Below are positions 7,533-18,200 of a DNA stretch of 64,000 nucleotides, piece by piece (the stretch's first letter is position 1; the number at the start of each line of letters is the position of its first letter). This DNA is from a virus: IMG/VR virus record IMGVR_UViG_3300045988_166195, positions 32,001-96,000 of that record. The stretch is one strand, 5' to 3'. The notes beneath the pieces are model-generated. The model did not search any database, was not told the origin of the DNA, and saw only the letters and a program-made list of their open reading frames with translations. Both the position numbers and the translations under genes were made by a program.

Positions 7533-9692
7533 ATGAATGAAGCAAAACTATTTTCCGAGGGTAGCGCGACTGACCTGGTGTGCCGGGGTTGGTCGCGTGA
7601 GCGTGTCATTGATGCCACCGGCATCGATCCTGGCTATCACAACTCTTCGATGAAGACTGAGTTGAAGGGCGTTGATCGTCATACATATAAGATCGAGCAT
7701 GTGCGTCAACGTGTTGCACAGGAGACTGTGCGAGACGTGCTGGAACGCTATGCTGCGTGCGATCTGGATAAAGCAGGTCTGTTGGAGCAGCTTGGGCTGC
7801 ATGACGCGGTGAATCTGATCAAGCTTGCTGATCTGTTCACAGGTCTGGGTCTTGGCGAAGAGTTCCGTGACGCCGATCGTCGGTCTCGTCGTGGTGTCAT
7901 GCGAGCAGGCATGATCGCTCAGCATGGTACAGACAACCCGTTCAAGCTTGATGAGTACCAGGAGAAGGCTGCCCAGACAAGGGAAGATCGTTACGGCGCT
8001 CGGTACACGTTGGCCGAGGGTTCGGTATTTGCTGACGAGGCTCGGAAGAAAGCCAAAACGACTCGTTATTCTCGCGAGAGATATACACGTGTTTTGACCT
8101 CGGATGAGATCGCACAGCGTAGCGCACGTGCGGTAAAAACTTCACGATCGCGTTATGGCGTTGACCATTCCAGTCAAACTCCTGATGCTCGTGCGGCTCA
8201 GAGGCAACGGGCTGAGCAGTATGGGAAGCAATGGGCTGAGAAAGCTCGTCAAACGAGTATCGAAAGGTATGGCTTTCCTTCATGGACTATGCGTGAGGAA
8301 TCTCGTCGAGAGATCTCCAAACGCATGTCAAGCGCACGTGTGCAACAGCGGTCGTTGGCGACGAAGAAACGTAATGCCACATTGGCTACCTTTTCATCAG
8401 AGGACGCGCTTCATGAGCTGCTCGTTGAGTATGCGGATCAGCTCGGTATGACCGTGGTGCGACAGTATCGTGATGAGGAACGTTATCCCTTTGCTGTTGA
8501 TTTTTATATCCCTGAGCGCGATCTGTTCATCGAACTCAATGGTTCGTGGTCGCATGGCGGGCACTGGCATGAATCCGATCGCGAGATGGATCAGAAGACA
8601 GTGCAAACCTGGCGCAAGAAGGGTAAGAAGTCCCAGTATTACCTCAATGCGCTTGGGACGTGGACTGAGCGAGACGTGCGTAAGCGTGAAGCGGCTCGCG
8701 ACGCACAGTTGAATTACGTGACGCTGTGGGATGGCTCTGAGGCTTTGGCCGATGCTCATCTGTGGTTTGCTCTCGGGGCTCCTGATGGCCACGATTGGGA
8801 ACGTGAGTACTCCTGGCTCGATCTACCTGAATCTCTGATCGATCTCAGGGAAGGTTTGGATGAGCAGGCGCAGCAGTGGGCGGATATTGATGTCGCGAAC
8901 GCTGGTTCGAGGCAGATCTCCTGGCTTGCCCGTAGCGGAACGTGGGAGACGTTCTATGCTCGTGAGTTGCAGATGTGGGAAACCGACGAGGTTCATCATC
9001 GTAAGTGGGGCCGTCTGCGTGCACGTCTGCTCGCTAATCGGTTGCATTATCTCGGCAAGCTTCCTGAGTCAGCTCTGGAGGTTGTGCGAGGGCTGGCCAT
9101 CAGCGGTGAGATCCGTTCGTACTCGACGTTCGTCAACACGGCTATGCTGGCTGTTCTCGATCGGTATGAGCCGACGCATATGTATGACCCGTGTAGTGGG
9201 TGGGGTGAGCGTATGCTCACCTGTGCTCAGCGTGGTGTGACGTACACAGGCACAGACATCTCTGAAGCGGTGGTGACGGCTCACCAGAGTCTTATTGACC
9301 GTCTGGGTTTGACGAATGTCAGTGTGACGCTTGGGGACAGCGCTACTCGCGATATGCGAGGTGGCTCGCATGAGATGGTTCTGACCTGCCCACCGTATGG
9401 TGATACGGAGATCTACACTTCTCAGGGTGCTGAGAATCTGGATGACGAGGCGTTCTTGGAATGGTGGAAGCAGGTTGTTTCCATGAGCGTTGCTCCGTCG
9501 ACGCGTGTTTTCGCCTTCCAGATCAGTGAGAAATGGCGCAAGCGTATGTCGGCAGTGGCTCAGAGCGTATTGGGTGAGCAGTGGCACCTGGTAGATGAGA
9601 TTGATGCGTCGGTATCGCGTAATCATTTCCAGCGTGCACGGTCGCGTGAGAAGCATCGTGGTGAAACGATGGTGGTCTTTGAACGACTCTGA
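7533..9692 (+). CDS. Multidomain orphan DNA methyltransferase: RYG-repeat region, DUF559/Vsr-like endonuclease-fold domain and a C-terminal SAM-dependent N6A/N4C-type methyltransferase
   Basis: C-terminus: motif I-like YDPCSGWGERM ... GTDIS, then a catalytic LTCPPYGD (xPPY) about 60 aa later. Middle: PFAVDFYIPERDLFIELNGSWSHGGHWHE resembles the DUF559/Vsr PD-(D/E)xK core (fxVDFylp...liiElDG.yH). N-terminal half: three spaced RYG(A/V/F) repeats (DRYGARYTL, SRYGVDHSSQTP, IERYGFPSW). Confidence 0.55.
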   Translation: MNEAKLFSEGSATDLVCRGWSRERVIDATGIDPGYHNSSMKTELKGVDRHTYKIEHVRQRVAQETVRDVLERYAACDLDKAGLLEQLGLHDAVNLIKLADLFTGLGLGEEFRDADRRSRRGVMRAGMIAQHGTDNPFKLDEYQEKAAQTREDRYGARYTLAEGSVFADEARKKAKTTRYSRERYTRVLTSDEIAQRSARAVKTSRSRYGVDHSSQTPDARAAQRQRAEQYGKQWAEKARQTSIERYGFPSWTMREESRREISKRMSSARVQQRSLATKKRNATLATFSSEDALHELLVEYADQLGMTVVRQYRDEERYPFAVDFYIPERDLFIELNGSWSHGGHWHESDREMDQKTVQTWRKKGKKSQYYLNALGTWTERDVRKREAARDAQLNYVTLWDGSEALADAHLWFALGAPDGHDWEREYSWLDLPESLIDLREGLDEQAQQWADIDVANAGSRQISWLARSGTWETFYARELQMWETDEVHHRKWGRLRARLLANRLHYLGKLPESALEVVRGLAISGEIRSYSTFVNTAMLAVLDRYEPTHMYDPCSGWGERMLTCAQRGVTYTGTDISEAVVTAHQSLIDRLGLTNVSVTLGDSATRDMRGGSHEMVLTCPPYGDTEIYTSQGAENLDDEAFLEWWKQVVSMSVAPSTRVFAFQISEKWRKRMSAVAQSVLGEQWHLVDEIDASVSRNHFQRARSREKHRGETMVVFERL

Positions 9693-9710
9693 TATACTCG
9701 TATACGAACG
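9691..9710 (+). promoter_or_regulatory. Recurrent motif GATATACTCGTATACGAACG, candidate element promoter or operator, about 40 nt upstream of the topoisomerase gene
   Basis: Near-identical copies lie at 33079, 46114 (variant), 47478 and 48429. All are intergenic and upstream of plus-strand genes. The motif contains a TATACT -10-like hexamer. Confidence 0.35.
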
Positions 9711-9749
9711 TTTTCGATAATTTTTCGATCATAGATTTGGAGGACATGT

Positions 9750-11963
9750 ATGACGGTTGGAATTCTCACTGAGAAGCCAAGCGCGGCGCGTAATTTCGCG
9801 AAGGCGCTTGGTGGTCAGACTGGAACCTACAACGGTGAGAACTATGTGATCGCGTTTGCACGCGGTCACCTGTTTGAGCTCAAACAGCCGGTGGATCAGG
9901 TGGATCCGTCGAAGCGTACGCAGTATGCGTCGTGGGTGCTGAGTGATCTGCCGTGGGATGTGAACGATCTTGCTTTCGAGCGAGAGAAGAAGGATGGTGT
10001 GTCGAAACTGCTGTCCGACATCCGCACGGCGTTCCGTTCGTGCGATGAGATTTGTATTGCTACCGACGTTGATCCGTCGGGCGAAGGAGGGCTATTAGCC
10101 TGGGAAATCATCGCTGCCCTCGGACTGAACACAAAGCCGATCTCGCGCATGTATTTCACCGATGAGGCTCCAGCCTCGATCAAGAAGGCGTTTACGTCGC
10201 GTAAGCGTTTGACTTCGATGGAAGATCACGATGAGTACCGCATGGCATGGTTGCGGTCCCGATGGGATTTCCTCTCGATGCAGTGGACCCGTGTCGCATC
10301 CCAGCTTGCTGGACAGCGTACTGTCCTGCGTCAGGGTCGACTCAAGTCGGCCATGACTGTACTCGTGGGTGATCAGCTGAAGGCCCATAAGTCGTGGAAG
10401 AAGGTGCCGTTCTACGAGCCCCGTTTCCGCGATGAGAATGGCGTGATGTACTCGGACCCTGATGCGCAGCGACACGCCAAGGAAAGCGATGTCGATCTGA
10501 GTGGTCTGCATGTATCGAGCGTGACGGTTGATGCCAAGACCATGAAGCGTTCCGGCCCGCCTCGGATGCTGGATCTGGCTGGCCTGTCAGCACTCCTGAG
10601 CGCTAAGGGCGTGAAGGCGGCGGACGTGCTGAAGATCTATCAAAAAATGTACGAAGCCCAAGTCGTCAGCTATCCCCGTACCGAAGACAAGCACGTCACC
10701 AAGGAGCAATTCGCGGAGCTTGTTAGTAATGCTCCTGCAATCGCTCGCGCTGTCGGTATCGATCCAGCTCTGCTGACGCACACTGCTGCCAGGTCGACTC
10801 ACGTCAAGGACTCGGGTGCTCACGGTGCAAACCGTCCTGGTCCGAATGTTCCTCAGTCGCTTGCAGACGTGGAGGCGAAGTACGGCAAGACGGGTGCCAT
10901 GATCTATGAGTTGCTTGCTCGGTCTGCTCTCGCTGTTCTCGCAGAGGACTACGAGTACGAGGCTCAGAAGGGTCACGTCACTGACTTCCCCTCCTACACG
11001 GGTTCGTGCTCGGTGCCGAAGAAGCCGGGTTGGAAGTCTGTTCTTGGTGGCGCATCGATGGCAGACGATGATGACGATGAGAACAACGTGACGGGTCTGG
11101 GTACCCAGGCTCAGCCGTTCGTTCACGAGGGTGTTCCACCGCGCCCTGCGGCCCCCACCGTTAAGTGGCTCATGAAGCAACTGGAGAGGCGAGACGTGGG
11201 CACTGGTGCAACGCGCACCAGCACCTTCGCTGAGGTGTCAAGCTCGAAGGCTCGGTATCCTCTCATGACTGAAACGAGGGGCAAGATTGCTCTCACTGAG
11301 CATGGTGACATGAGCTACCGGCTGTTGCCAGGAACTCATATTGGTGATCTCACGATCACTGAACGAGTGTTCGCTGACATGAAGGCTGTGGCCAAGGGTC
11401 AGAAGAATGCAGACGATGTTCTGGCTGAAGTGGCCGGACTGATCACAGATGATATTGCCGTCATGACGGCGAATGCACAAACAATGCGAAAGGAACTTGG
11501 AATGAGCGAATTTGTCGAGAAGGAATACTTCGAGGGTACGTGGGCCAAGAACGGTCAGCACGTGAAGTTCAACCGTACGTGGAGTGGCCATCGCTTCACC
11601 GATCAGGAGTGCATGGATCTCCTGGCTGGTAAGGACATCGAGATTACTGCCACGTCGGCCAAGACGGGTAACGATTTCTCTGTCGTTGGCGCACTTGGTG
11701 AAAGTGAGTACAAGGGTCGTAAGTTCGTTGGCTTCCAAGCTGATTTTAAGAAGCCCACCGCTGCTGCAAAGAAGGGCGTTGCACCCAAGTCGATGCTTGG
11801 CGTGAAGCTCACTGATGAGCAGCGTGAGAAGATTGAGGCGGGTGAGAAGGTGCTGATCAAGGGCATGAAGTCCAAGAAGACGGGAAAGACCTTCGATGCC
11901 TATTTGTCCCTGGAAGATAAGCCGGATGGGACGCGAGGTATCGCGTTCTCGTTCGACAAGTGA
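9750..11963 (+). CDS. Type IA DNA topoisomerase (Topo III/TraE-like) of the conjugative element
   Basis: TOPRIM region MTVGILTEKPSAARNFAKAL ... EICIATDVDPSGEGGLLAWEI with the DxD acidic motif. The active-site tyrosine context is VVSYPRTEDKHVTKEQF (compare xYxRTD in type IA enzymes). AGGAG Shine-Dalgarno (tttggaggacatgtATG). Size 737 aa. Confidence 0.7.
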   Translation: MTVGILTEKPSAARNFAKALGGQTGTYNGENYVIAFARGHLFELKQPVDQVDPSKRTQYASWVLSDLPWDVNDLAFEREKKDGVSKLLSDIRTAFRSCDEICIATDVDPSGEGGLLAWEIIAALGLNTKPISRMYFTDEAPASIKKAFTSRKRLTSMEDHDEYRMAWLRSRWDFLSMQWTRVASQLAGQRTVLRQGRLKSAMTVLVGDQLKAHKSWKKVPFYEPRFRDENGVMYSDPDAQRHAKESDVDLSGLHVSSVTVDAKTMKRSGPPRMLDLAGLSALLSAKGVKAADVLKIYQKMYEAQVVSYPRTEDKHVTKEQFAELVSNAPAIARAVGIDPALLTHTAARSTHVKDSGAHGANRPGPNVPQSLADVEAKYGKTGAMIYELLARSALAVLAEDYEYEAQKGHVTDFPSYTGSCSVPKKPGWKSVLGGASMADDDDDENNVTGLGTQAQPFVHEGVPPRPAAPTVKWLMKQLERRDVGTGATRTSTFAEVSSSKARYPLMTETRGKIALTEHGDMSYRLLPGTHIGDLTITERVFADMKAVAKGQKNADDVLAEVAGLITDDIAVMTANAQTMRKELGMSEFVEKEYFEGTWAKNGQHVKFNRTWSGHRFTDQECMDLLAGKDIEITATSAKTGNDFSVVGALGESEYKGRKFVGFQADFKKPTAAAKKGVAPKSMLGVKLTDEQREKIEAGEKVLIKGMKSKKTGKTFDAYLSLEDKPDGTRGIAFSFDK

Positions 11964-11998
11964 TGTGACGGATGTGAGAGAAGAAAGGAGGGTTGTGA

Positions 11999-12883
11999 AT
12001 GGCTGTCAAAGAACGGTATTCCATTCCCGTGTCGCTGGATCGGACGATCCTCGATCATGAGCTGAGCCTGTCGAATAACTCCGTCAAGCTGAAGCCACTT
12101 CCGATGAAGGTGATCTTCGCCTGGATCGGTAGCATTGTCATCCTCATGTGGCTGCTTATGGGCACGCCACTGAAGGGTGCAAATTTTGGCTATCTGGTGT
12201 TCATCTCGGTGTGGTGGATTGCTGCCACAGCGTACTTCGCTGCGTACTCGAAGACGAAGGAGATGCGCGGTGAGATGATCATGGCTCTGTTCGATTACTT
12301 GCCAAAGACTGCGCGCAAGGTGCTGACGCGATCTGATTCGAGTCCGGGTCAGTTCCACTCGATCGTTGGCATCAAGGATGTCGACGAGAAGACTGGTTTC
12401 ATCACTTTTGTCGACGGCATGGTGGGCCAAGCGTATTCGGTCGTGGGATCTGCATCGCGTCTGTTGTTCGATCAGGACCGGAATGCGATCCTGAATCGCA
12501 ACGATCGTTTCTATTGCAAGCTGGAGCCGGGCGTGGAGTTGGTCTTTGTGACCACGAAGGAGCCTCAGCGCGTTCATTCGCAGAAGGCTGCACTGGAGAG
12601 GCGTAATCGGGCACTGGATCCTGAGGCTCGTGATCCTGAACTGATTGCTCTCATGGATGAGCAGTATCAGTCTCTGAACAGCTATGTGGGTACGAGCTTC
12701 TTCAGCATCCACCAGTACCTGATTCTCATCGCGAGCAACGACGAGGATCTTCGCAAGGCTCACAACCTGCTCGATGCTGAAGTGGCTGATTCGTCGCTGA
12801 TGTTCAAGCAGGTGGCGATGCTCACCTACGATGAGACGATCGATCTCCTGAGGACTCATTACGGACCTGTCACCACGAAGTAA
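11999..12883 (+). CDS. Conjugation-cluster membrane protein (two TM helices, in the ConD/TcpE-like position)
   Basis: AGGAGG Shine-Dalgarno (gaaaggagggttgtgaATG). TM helices VIFAWIGSIVILMWLLMG and YLVFISVWWIAATAYFAAY, with a cytoplasmic C-terminal domain. It immediately precedes the VirB4-position gene. The antisense 354-aa ORF is an R/L/H-rich shadow. Confidence 0.5.
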   Translation: MAVKERYSIPVSLDRTILDHELSLSNNSVKLKPLPMKVIFAWIGSIVILMWLLMGTPLKGANFGYLVFISVWWIAATAYFAAYSKTKEMRGEMIMALFDYLPKTARKVLTRSDSSPGQFHSIVGIKDVDEKTGFITFVDGMVGQAYSVVGSASRLLFDQDRNAILNRNDRFYCKLEPGVELVFVTTKEPQRVHSQKAALERRNRALDPEARDPELIALMDEQYQSLNSYVGTSFFSIHQYLILIASNDEDLRKAHNLLDAEVADSSLMFKQVAMLTYDETIDLLRTHYGPVTTK

Positions 12884-12917
12884 GAGATGGTGCAGCCTCG
12901 GAGTTGCAAGAGCTGTG

Positions 12918-12948
12918 ACAACCCCGGACGTTCGCGTCCGGGGTTGTT
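12918..12948 (+). terminator. Rho-independent-type hairpin
   Basis: ACAACCCCGGACG-ttcgc-CGTCCGGGGTTGT, a 13-bp perfect stem 35 nt after the stop, followed by TCTGTATCT. Confidence 0.5.
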
Positions 12949-13080
12949 CTGTATCTAACGTCATTAAACGTCAATAAAAGAGTGTTATGCGATGGGCTTT
13001 TGCCTGGTTTTCGTGTAGAATAGCCTGAGGAACGACCATAATTGGTCTTCGATTGATCACAACAGTAATGATGGAAAGGA

Positions 13081-15207
13081 GTGGTATCTATGGCCAAAAA
13101 TGAGAGTGTCACGAATGCGATGACGGATGAGTCATCGCCGTGGGGTATGGCGACCTCTCGCGTTCGCGAAGCGAGTGCCTCGATGGCTGCTGATGAGGCG
13201 CGCGATCGTGCTGCGTCGCAACAGCGAAGCTTGAAGGGTATGTCTCGTAAGGAGCGCAAGGCGTTGTTTGCTAAGACCAACGGTGCAACGTTTAAGGAGT
13301 ATGCACATCTCTTGGCAGTGAAGCCTCGTCAGGGCTATGTGTTCCACTCGGACTACTTCGAGATTGATGGGAACGTCGGGTGTATCCTGGGCTACTTCCA
13401 CGACGAGAGCGCCCGTGATGAGCTCCCTCCGTTCTGGGGTGTGAACCTCATTCCGTATCTGCCTCAGAACGTGACGGCTGTTCTGCTCCAGCAGGTCTCG
13501 CGCGTGACTGAGTCCTGGCTCAAGGACAAGATCAAGGCGTCTGAGCGCCTCGATCGTCTCGACGAGCAGGAGCAGAGCGAGAACGGCACGAAGTCGTCCC
13601 GTCGCAAGGCATCGAAGGTGTCTGCTGAGGTTGAGCAGGCGATCGCTGAAATCCAGGACGGCGCTGCCTACCTGTCTGTGCACTACCGCATTCTCTTGAA
13701 GGCTCCCTTGTTGGAGATCCTCGATGATGTCATCGATGATCTGCGTCATCGGTACATCGATAGCGTTGGCAACCTGTCGATCGCTGCACATCCTGGTCTT
13801 CAGCGCCAGGAGTTGGCGACGCTGTTTGCCCCTAACGCCTCGAAGAAAGGCAAGGGTTTCCACTTCACCTCGACTGAGCTGGCGGGTGCGTTCAACCTTG
13901 TCACCAACGGTCTCAATGACCGTGGTGGTGAGTTCGTCGGCTACATGGTCGGTGACGTGAACAACTCGGGCGTCCTCATGGACGTTGATCAGTACAGTCA
14001 TCACGTGGTGGTTGCCGATGATGAGAAGTCTCGCGCTGAGATCATGAACAAGGCTCAGGTTGCCGATATGTGGGCATCGAAGATCTCACAGGCGGCTCTG
14101 ATCAACAACAAGCGCGTTGTGCACATCATTCTCGATGGCGCTGATCTGACGGGTGTTCTCGGTCCTCGTATGGACACGATCACTGCGCGCATCGACATGT
14201 CGCAAGGTGATGTCAACCCCTTTGAGGTCTTCGGTGATCGCAAGGATCAGCTCTCACTGTTTTCGACTCACCTGGAAAAGATGGTGCTTCTGACCGAGCA
14301 GGTGTATCAGCCTACTGATGACGATCGGACGATCATCCAAGGTCAGCTGAAGGACACTCTGGAACAGTTCTATGTGGATCAGAACATGTGGGCGCGTAAC
14401 GCGAAGGACAATCAGGATCGTTTGCGTCTTGTGGGCGTGCCTCACGATCAGGTACCGCAGCTGAAGCTGTTTGTCACGTATCTCGATCAGCGCTATAAGG
14501 CGCTGACCGGCAGGGCTAACCGTGACGATGAGATGGTGCACGCATACTCTGTGCTGTCTTCTGTCTTTAAGTCCATGCTGAGTGCAAACGGTGACTTGTT
14601 CAACGTCATCACGAACGATGTCATTGATGGAACCCAAAAGGCTCGTCGCGTCATCTATGACTTTTCGGCTCTGGTGGATCGTGGGAAGGGTGTTGCGATG
14701 GCACAGCTCGTCAATGTGCTGGCGTTCGCGGCTTCGGCCTTGGGCGAAGGTGACACACTGATCATCCACGGTGCTGAGTTGATCGATAAGGGTGTGAAGC
14801 CGTACATGACTGAGCAGTTCCAGCGCCTCTTCCGTCGCAATGGCCGTGTCGCCCTGTGCTACAACGGCGTGAAGGCGATGCTGTATGACTCGGAGTTCAA
14901 CCACTTCGATGAGGCTGATTGGACGGCGCTCGGTGCGATGAGCGATGCTCTCGTGCCTGTGTATGAGAAGAAGCTGGCCAAGCAGATTCCTGTCGACATG
15001 ACGAAGGTCATCACTCAACGAGGTGAGGGGCTCACATTCTTGCGACGAGGGACGGTCAACGTTGTCTTCAAGCGTGACCTTGCGCTCGGTCTCCATGCTC
15101 ACGTGCGCGACATTACCTACGATGGAAGTGTTGCTCCCGGTCGACACAGAGGATCTGTGATGGCCCGGCAGAAAGCCCGCAAAAACGCTGAAAGGAAGAA
15201 CAAGTGA
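13081..15207 (+). CDS. Conserved T4SS-cluster protein in the VirB4/ConE/TcpF position, with no canonical Walker A found
   Basis: GGAG Shine-Dalgarno (atggaaaggagtggtatctATG). 708 aa, soluble. Gene order (2-TM protein, this gene, large polytopic protein, hydrolase) mirrors conD-conE-conG-cwlT and tcpE-tcpF-tcpH-tcpG. A scan for GxxxxGK[ST] finds nothing. The closest match is NASKKGKGF. Confidence 0.45.
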   Translation: MVSMAKNESVTNAMTDESSPWGMATSRVREASASMAADEARDRAASQQRSLKGMSRKERKALFAKTNGATFKEYAHLLAVKPRQGYVFHSDYFEIDGNVGCILGYFHDESARDELPPFWGVNLIPYLPQNVTAVLLQQVSRVTESWLKDKIKASERLDRLDEQEQSENGTKSSRRKASKVSAEVEQAIAEIQDGAAYLSVHYRILLKAPLLEILDDVIDDLRHRYIDSVGNLSIAAHPGLQRQELATLFAPNASKKGKGFHFTSTELAGAFNLVTNGLNDRGGEFVGYMVGDVNNSGVLMDVDQYSHHVVVADDEKSRAEIMNKAQVADMWASKISQAALINNKRVVHIILDGADLTGVLGPRMDTITARIDMSQGDVNPFEVFGDRKDQLSLFSTHLEKMVLLTEQVYQPTDDDRTIIQGQLKDTLEQFYVDQNMWARNAKDNQDRLRLVGVPHDQVPQLKLFVTYLDQRYKALTGRANRDDEMVHAYSVLSSVFKSMLSANGDLFNVITNDVIDGTQKARRVIYDFSALVDRGKGVAMAQLVNVLAFAASALGEGDTLIIHGAELIDKGVKPYMTEQFQRLFRRNGRVALCYNGVKAMLYDSEFNHFDEADWTALGAMSDALVPVYEKKLAKQIPVDMTKVITQRGEGLTFLRRGTVNVVFKRDLALGLHAHVRDITYDGSVAPGRHRGSVMARQKARKNAERKNK

Positions 15208-18200
15208 ACAAGAACCATGAAAAGAAAGGAGAGAGTTTGATGCTCACAAGCCGTGTTCGAGCAGTTCGGGGCTTCACCCGTGCGATGTCGTTTGTCGCAG
15301 CTGTGCTCATTGCCGTCTTTGGTCTCACCATGATCGGCGGAAGTGCGTACGCTGACAAGGACAAGGCTGAGAAGTATGACTTCTACACGCTCTCGTCTAA
15401 CGTCACTGCCTACTTCTCCGATGCGACTAAGCCTGGTGAAGGCGATGGTCTCTCGGCGGATGAGGGCTGGACGACGATCGCTCAGAATGCCAGTGAGGGT
15501 GGAAACTTGCTGGGTTACGGAGACGATGATGTGTCGAGCTTCTCCGGCTGGCTCGTTTCTAAGGCCACGGGTTCATCGAACACGGTGGGTTATGACTCGT
15601 TGAAAGTTCGCGACAACGATTCGAGCAGTGCAAACTCCGCGTATAGCGGCGTTCTCGCATATGCGCAGTATGGCTCGCTGTTGAACGCGTTGGGTCTTGA
15701 TTCCACGTCGACGGGTCTGGGGCTTCACTTCCAGAACATGGCGTTTGGTTCCATCATGGCCCTGCTGTATCTGCTCGCTGGTGGTATCGATACGATCTTC
15801 TCGGCTGTGATCTGGCTGCTGGAGACGCTTAACCCGTTCAAGCTCTTCTTCTCTGCGATCTCTGCATCGAGCACGGCAATGGCCAACGGTATGACCGGTG
15901 GACAGGGTGTGCCGGTGTGGATGCAGAGCCTCGATACCTGGTTCAGCGGCTGGTATCAGGCGCTTGTGAACCTGTCATGGACTGTGCTCATTCCGCTCTT
16001 CCTCTTTGTGTTCATCATCTCGTCTCTCATGTGGAAGAAGGGCAATGCTCTCGGTGGCTTGAAGAAGCTTGTCATCCGCGTGCTCTTCCTCGGTGTGGGT
16101 CTGCCTCTTATCGGTTCGATGTACACGGCATCGTTGGGTGTCATGAAGGACGCGACAGCGGGTGCTGGTATGGGTGCGACGCGCGTTGTGATCTCCACGT
16201 TTGTCGACTTCGAGAACTGGGCGAAGAAGGACCGCCTTGCTGTGCCGGACAATGCCACGCTTCAGTGGGATTCGTCTAAGCAGGCTCCGACCGGCGCATC
16301 TGTGAACAAGCTGCGTCAGACGACTGTGGCGATCAACAAGCTTGCGAACTCGGGTGCATTCTCGTCTGTGTCGGATATTGATGTGTCTGGCCTTGGCTCT
16401 ATCTCCACGGAGGCTGCGAAGGCAGATACGACATCGAGCGGCGGTCTGAAGGATTTCACCTATGTCGCTGCCATGGAGATGCTTCTGCGCTACACGACTG
16501 CTCAGTCGTACCAGGCATCTGACTTTGATACGGCCATTAAGGGTCGTATCAGCCAGCAAGCATCGAGCGGCCAGGAGCAGGTCAAGAGCTGTGCGACGAC
16601 CTGGTTCAATGTCCAGGCCGATGGTTCGACCAAGGCTGATGGCAAGGGTTGTTCTGCGACCAAGGCATCGGATAATCCGGTGCTGAAGGTTCGTGAGGGA
16701 TCTGGTCTCCAGGCGTCCGGTGAAAGCGGCACCATTACGTTCACGACGAGCGGCGATAAGTACGCTGGTGACTGGGTGATGCTCGGTGAGAACTTCAACG
16801 GTGCGAACTTGTCTGCGCTGTCCATGTATAACTACTTGAACACGACGTTCGACAAGAACTCGGCAACCACCTACTCGTCGAGCAACGCGGTGTCGTCTGC
16901 TACTCGTGAGTACCACAACTCTGTGAACCTGGTTGGTTCTGCTGGCGTGAGCTGGTTGTACTGGGTGAACGGCGCTGTGACGCTGCTGTGCTTCATCGTG
17001 CTTGGCCTTGGTTACGCATTCGGTATGTTCACCGGTGCGATCAAGAACTCGATGCACATCATCACGGCGGTTCCGTTCGCAACGCTGGGTTCTATGGCAG
17101 GTATCGCGAAGGTGGTTATCTACACCTTTACGATGATTACCGAGATCATCGCAACCATGTTCATCTACCGTCTCGTCCAGGAGATCATTCTGTCGATTCC
17201 GAGCATCTTCGAGGGCGGCTTGGAACATATGTTCAACTCGATGGGTGGTTTCGGTGTCTACCTGAAGAACAGTGGTAACGTCACGCTCTTTACGTCGCTG
17301 GTGTCCACTGTGCTGTTGATTCTTCTGACGTGGAAGATGATGCACTTCCGTGGTGCCTTCGTGAAGGGTCTCAATGAGGCTGTCACGAAGATTGTCGATA
17401 AGTTCCTGGACACGAATGTCGCGCCTCCCGCTGGTGGCGGCAAGCTGATGCCAGCTCTGGCCGGTGGTGTTGGCGCAGGCGTTGGCTCTGCTGCTGCTAA
17501 CCGTCTGATGAGCGGTCGTGGTGGTCTGGGCTCTGGCTCGGGACGCGGCGGTGCATCGAGCGGTCTCATGGCTGGCTCTGGCGGTATTCAGGATGGAAAC
17601 GGCGGTGTCTCGGGTATGGGCGGTGGATCGATGCTATCCATCAACGGTACCGATGGCCCTGGCCCGGATGAGATCGGTCCCGGTGCATCCGGTGGTGATC
17701 CCAACGCTCCTGGTGGCAGTGGCGGCGGTTTGCTGCTCAGCGACGGGTCGGGCGGTGTGAACGTCGACAACAGCACAAGCAACGACAACTCCAGCGCACT
17801 GATGACATCCGAGTCGGATCGTCAGCTCGCAAGTGAAGTTGATGCTCGTGGTGGTTTGTCTGAGCCAGCTCAGCTTGAGGCTGGTCCGCAGGCTGATGCA
17901 GCTGCATCAAGCAAGGTCGCCAACAACGCCGATGACGCTATGAGTGAGACGGCAGGGTCGATTCAGTCGACGATGGACGCTCATAACAAGGCTGATAAGG
18001 CGCGTGTTGACCAGGCAACGTCCGGTGTGAAGGCTGTGTGGCACGGTGGTAAGGCCGCTGCTAAGGCTTACTCCGGTGATGTCGCAGGTGCTGCTCAGGA
18101 TGGCCAGAAGGCCCTGGGTGATGTCCAGAGCGCTCAGACCAAGGGTCAGGAGGCGAAGGCTCACCGTCAGTCGGCTGAGGCACCGCGTCCTGTTCAGCCA

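Noticed and set aside
11900-12964. 354-aa minus-strand ORF opposite the 294-aa membrane-protein gene
   Set aside because: R/L/H-rich junk-like composition. The plus-strand gene has an AGGAGG Shine-Dalgarno, two clear TM helices and a downstream terminator.
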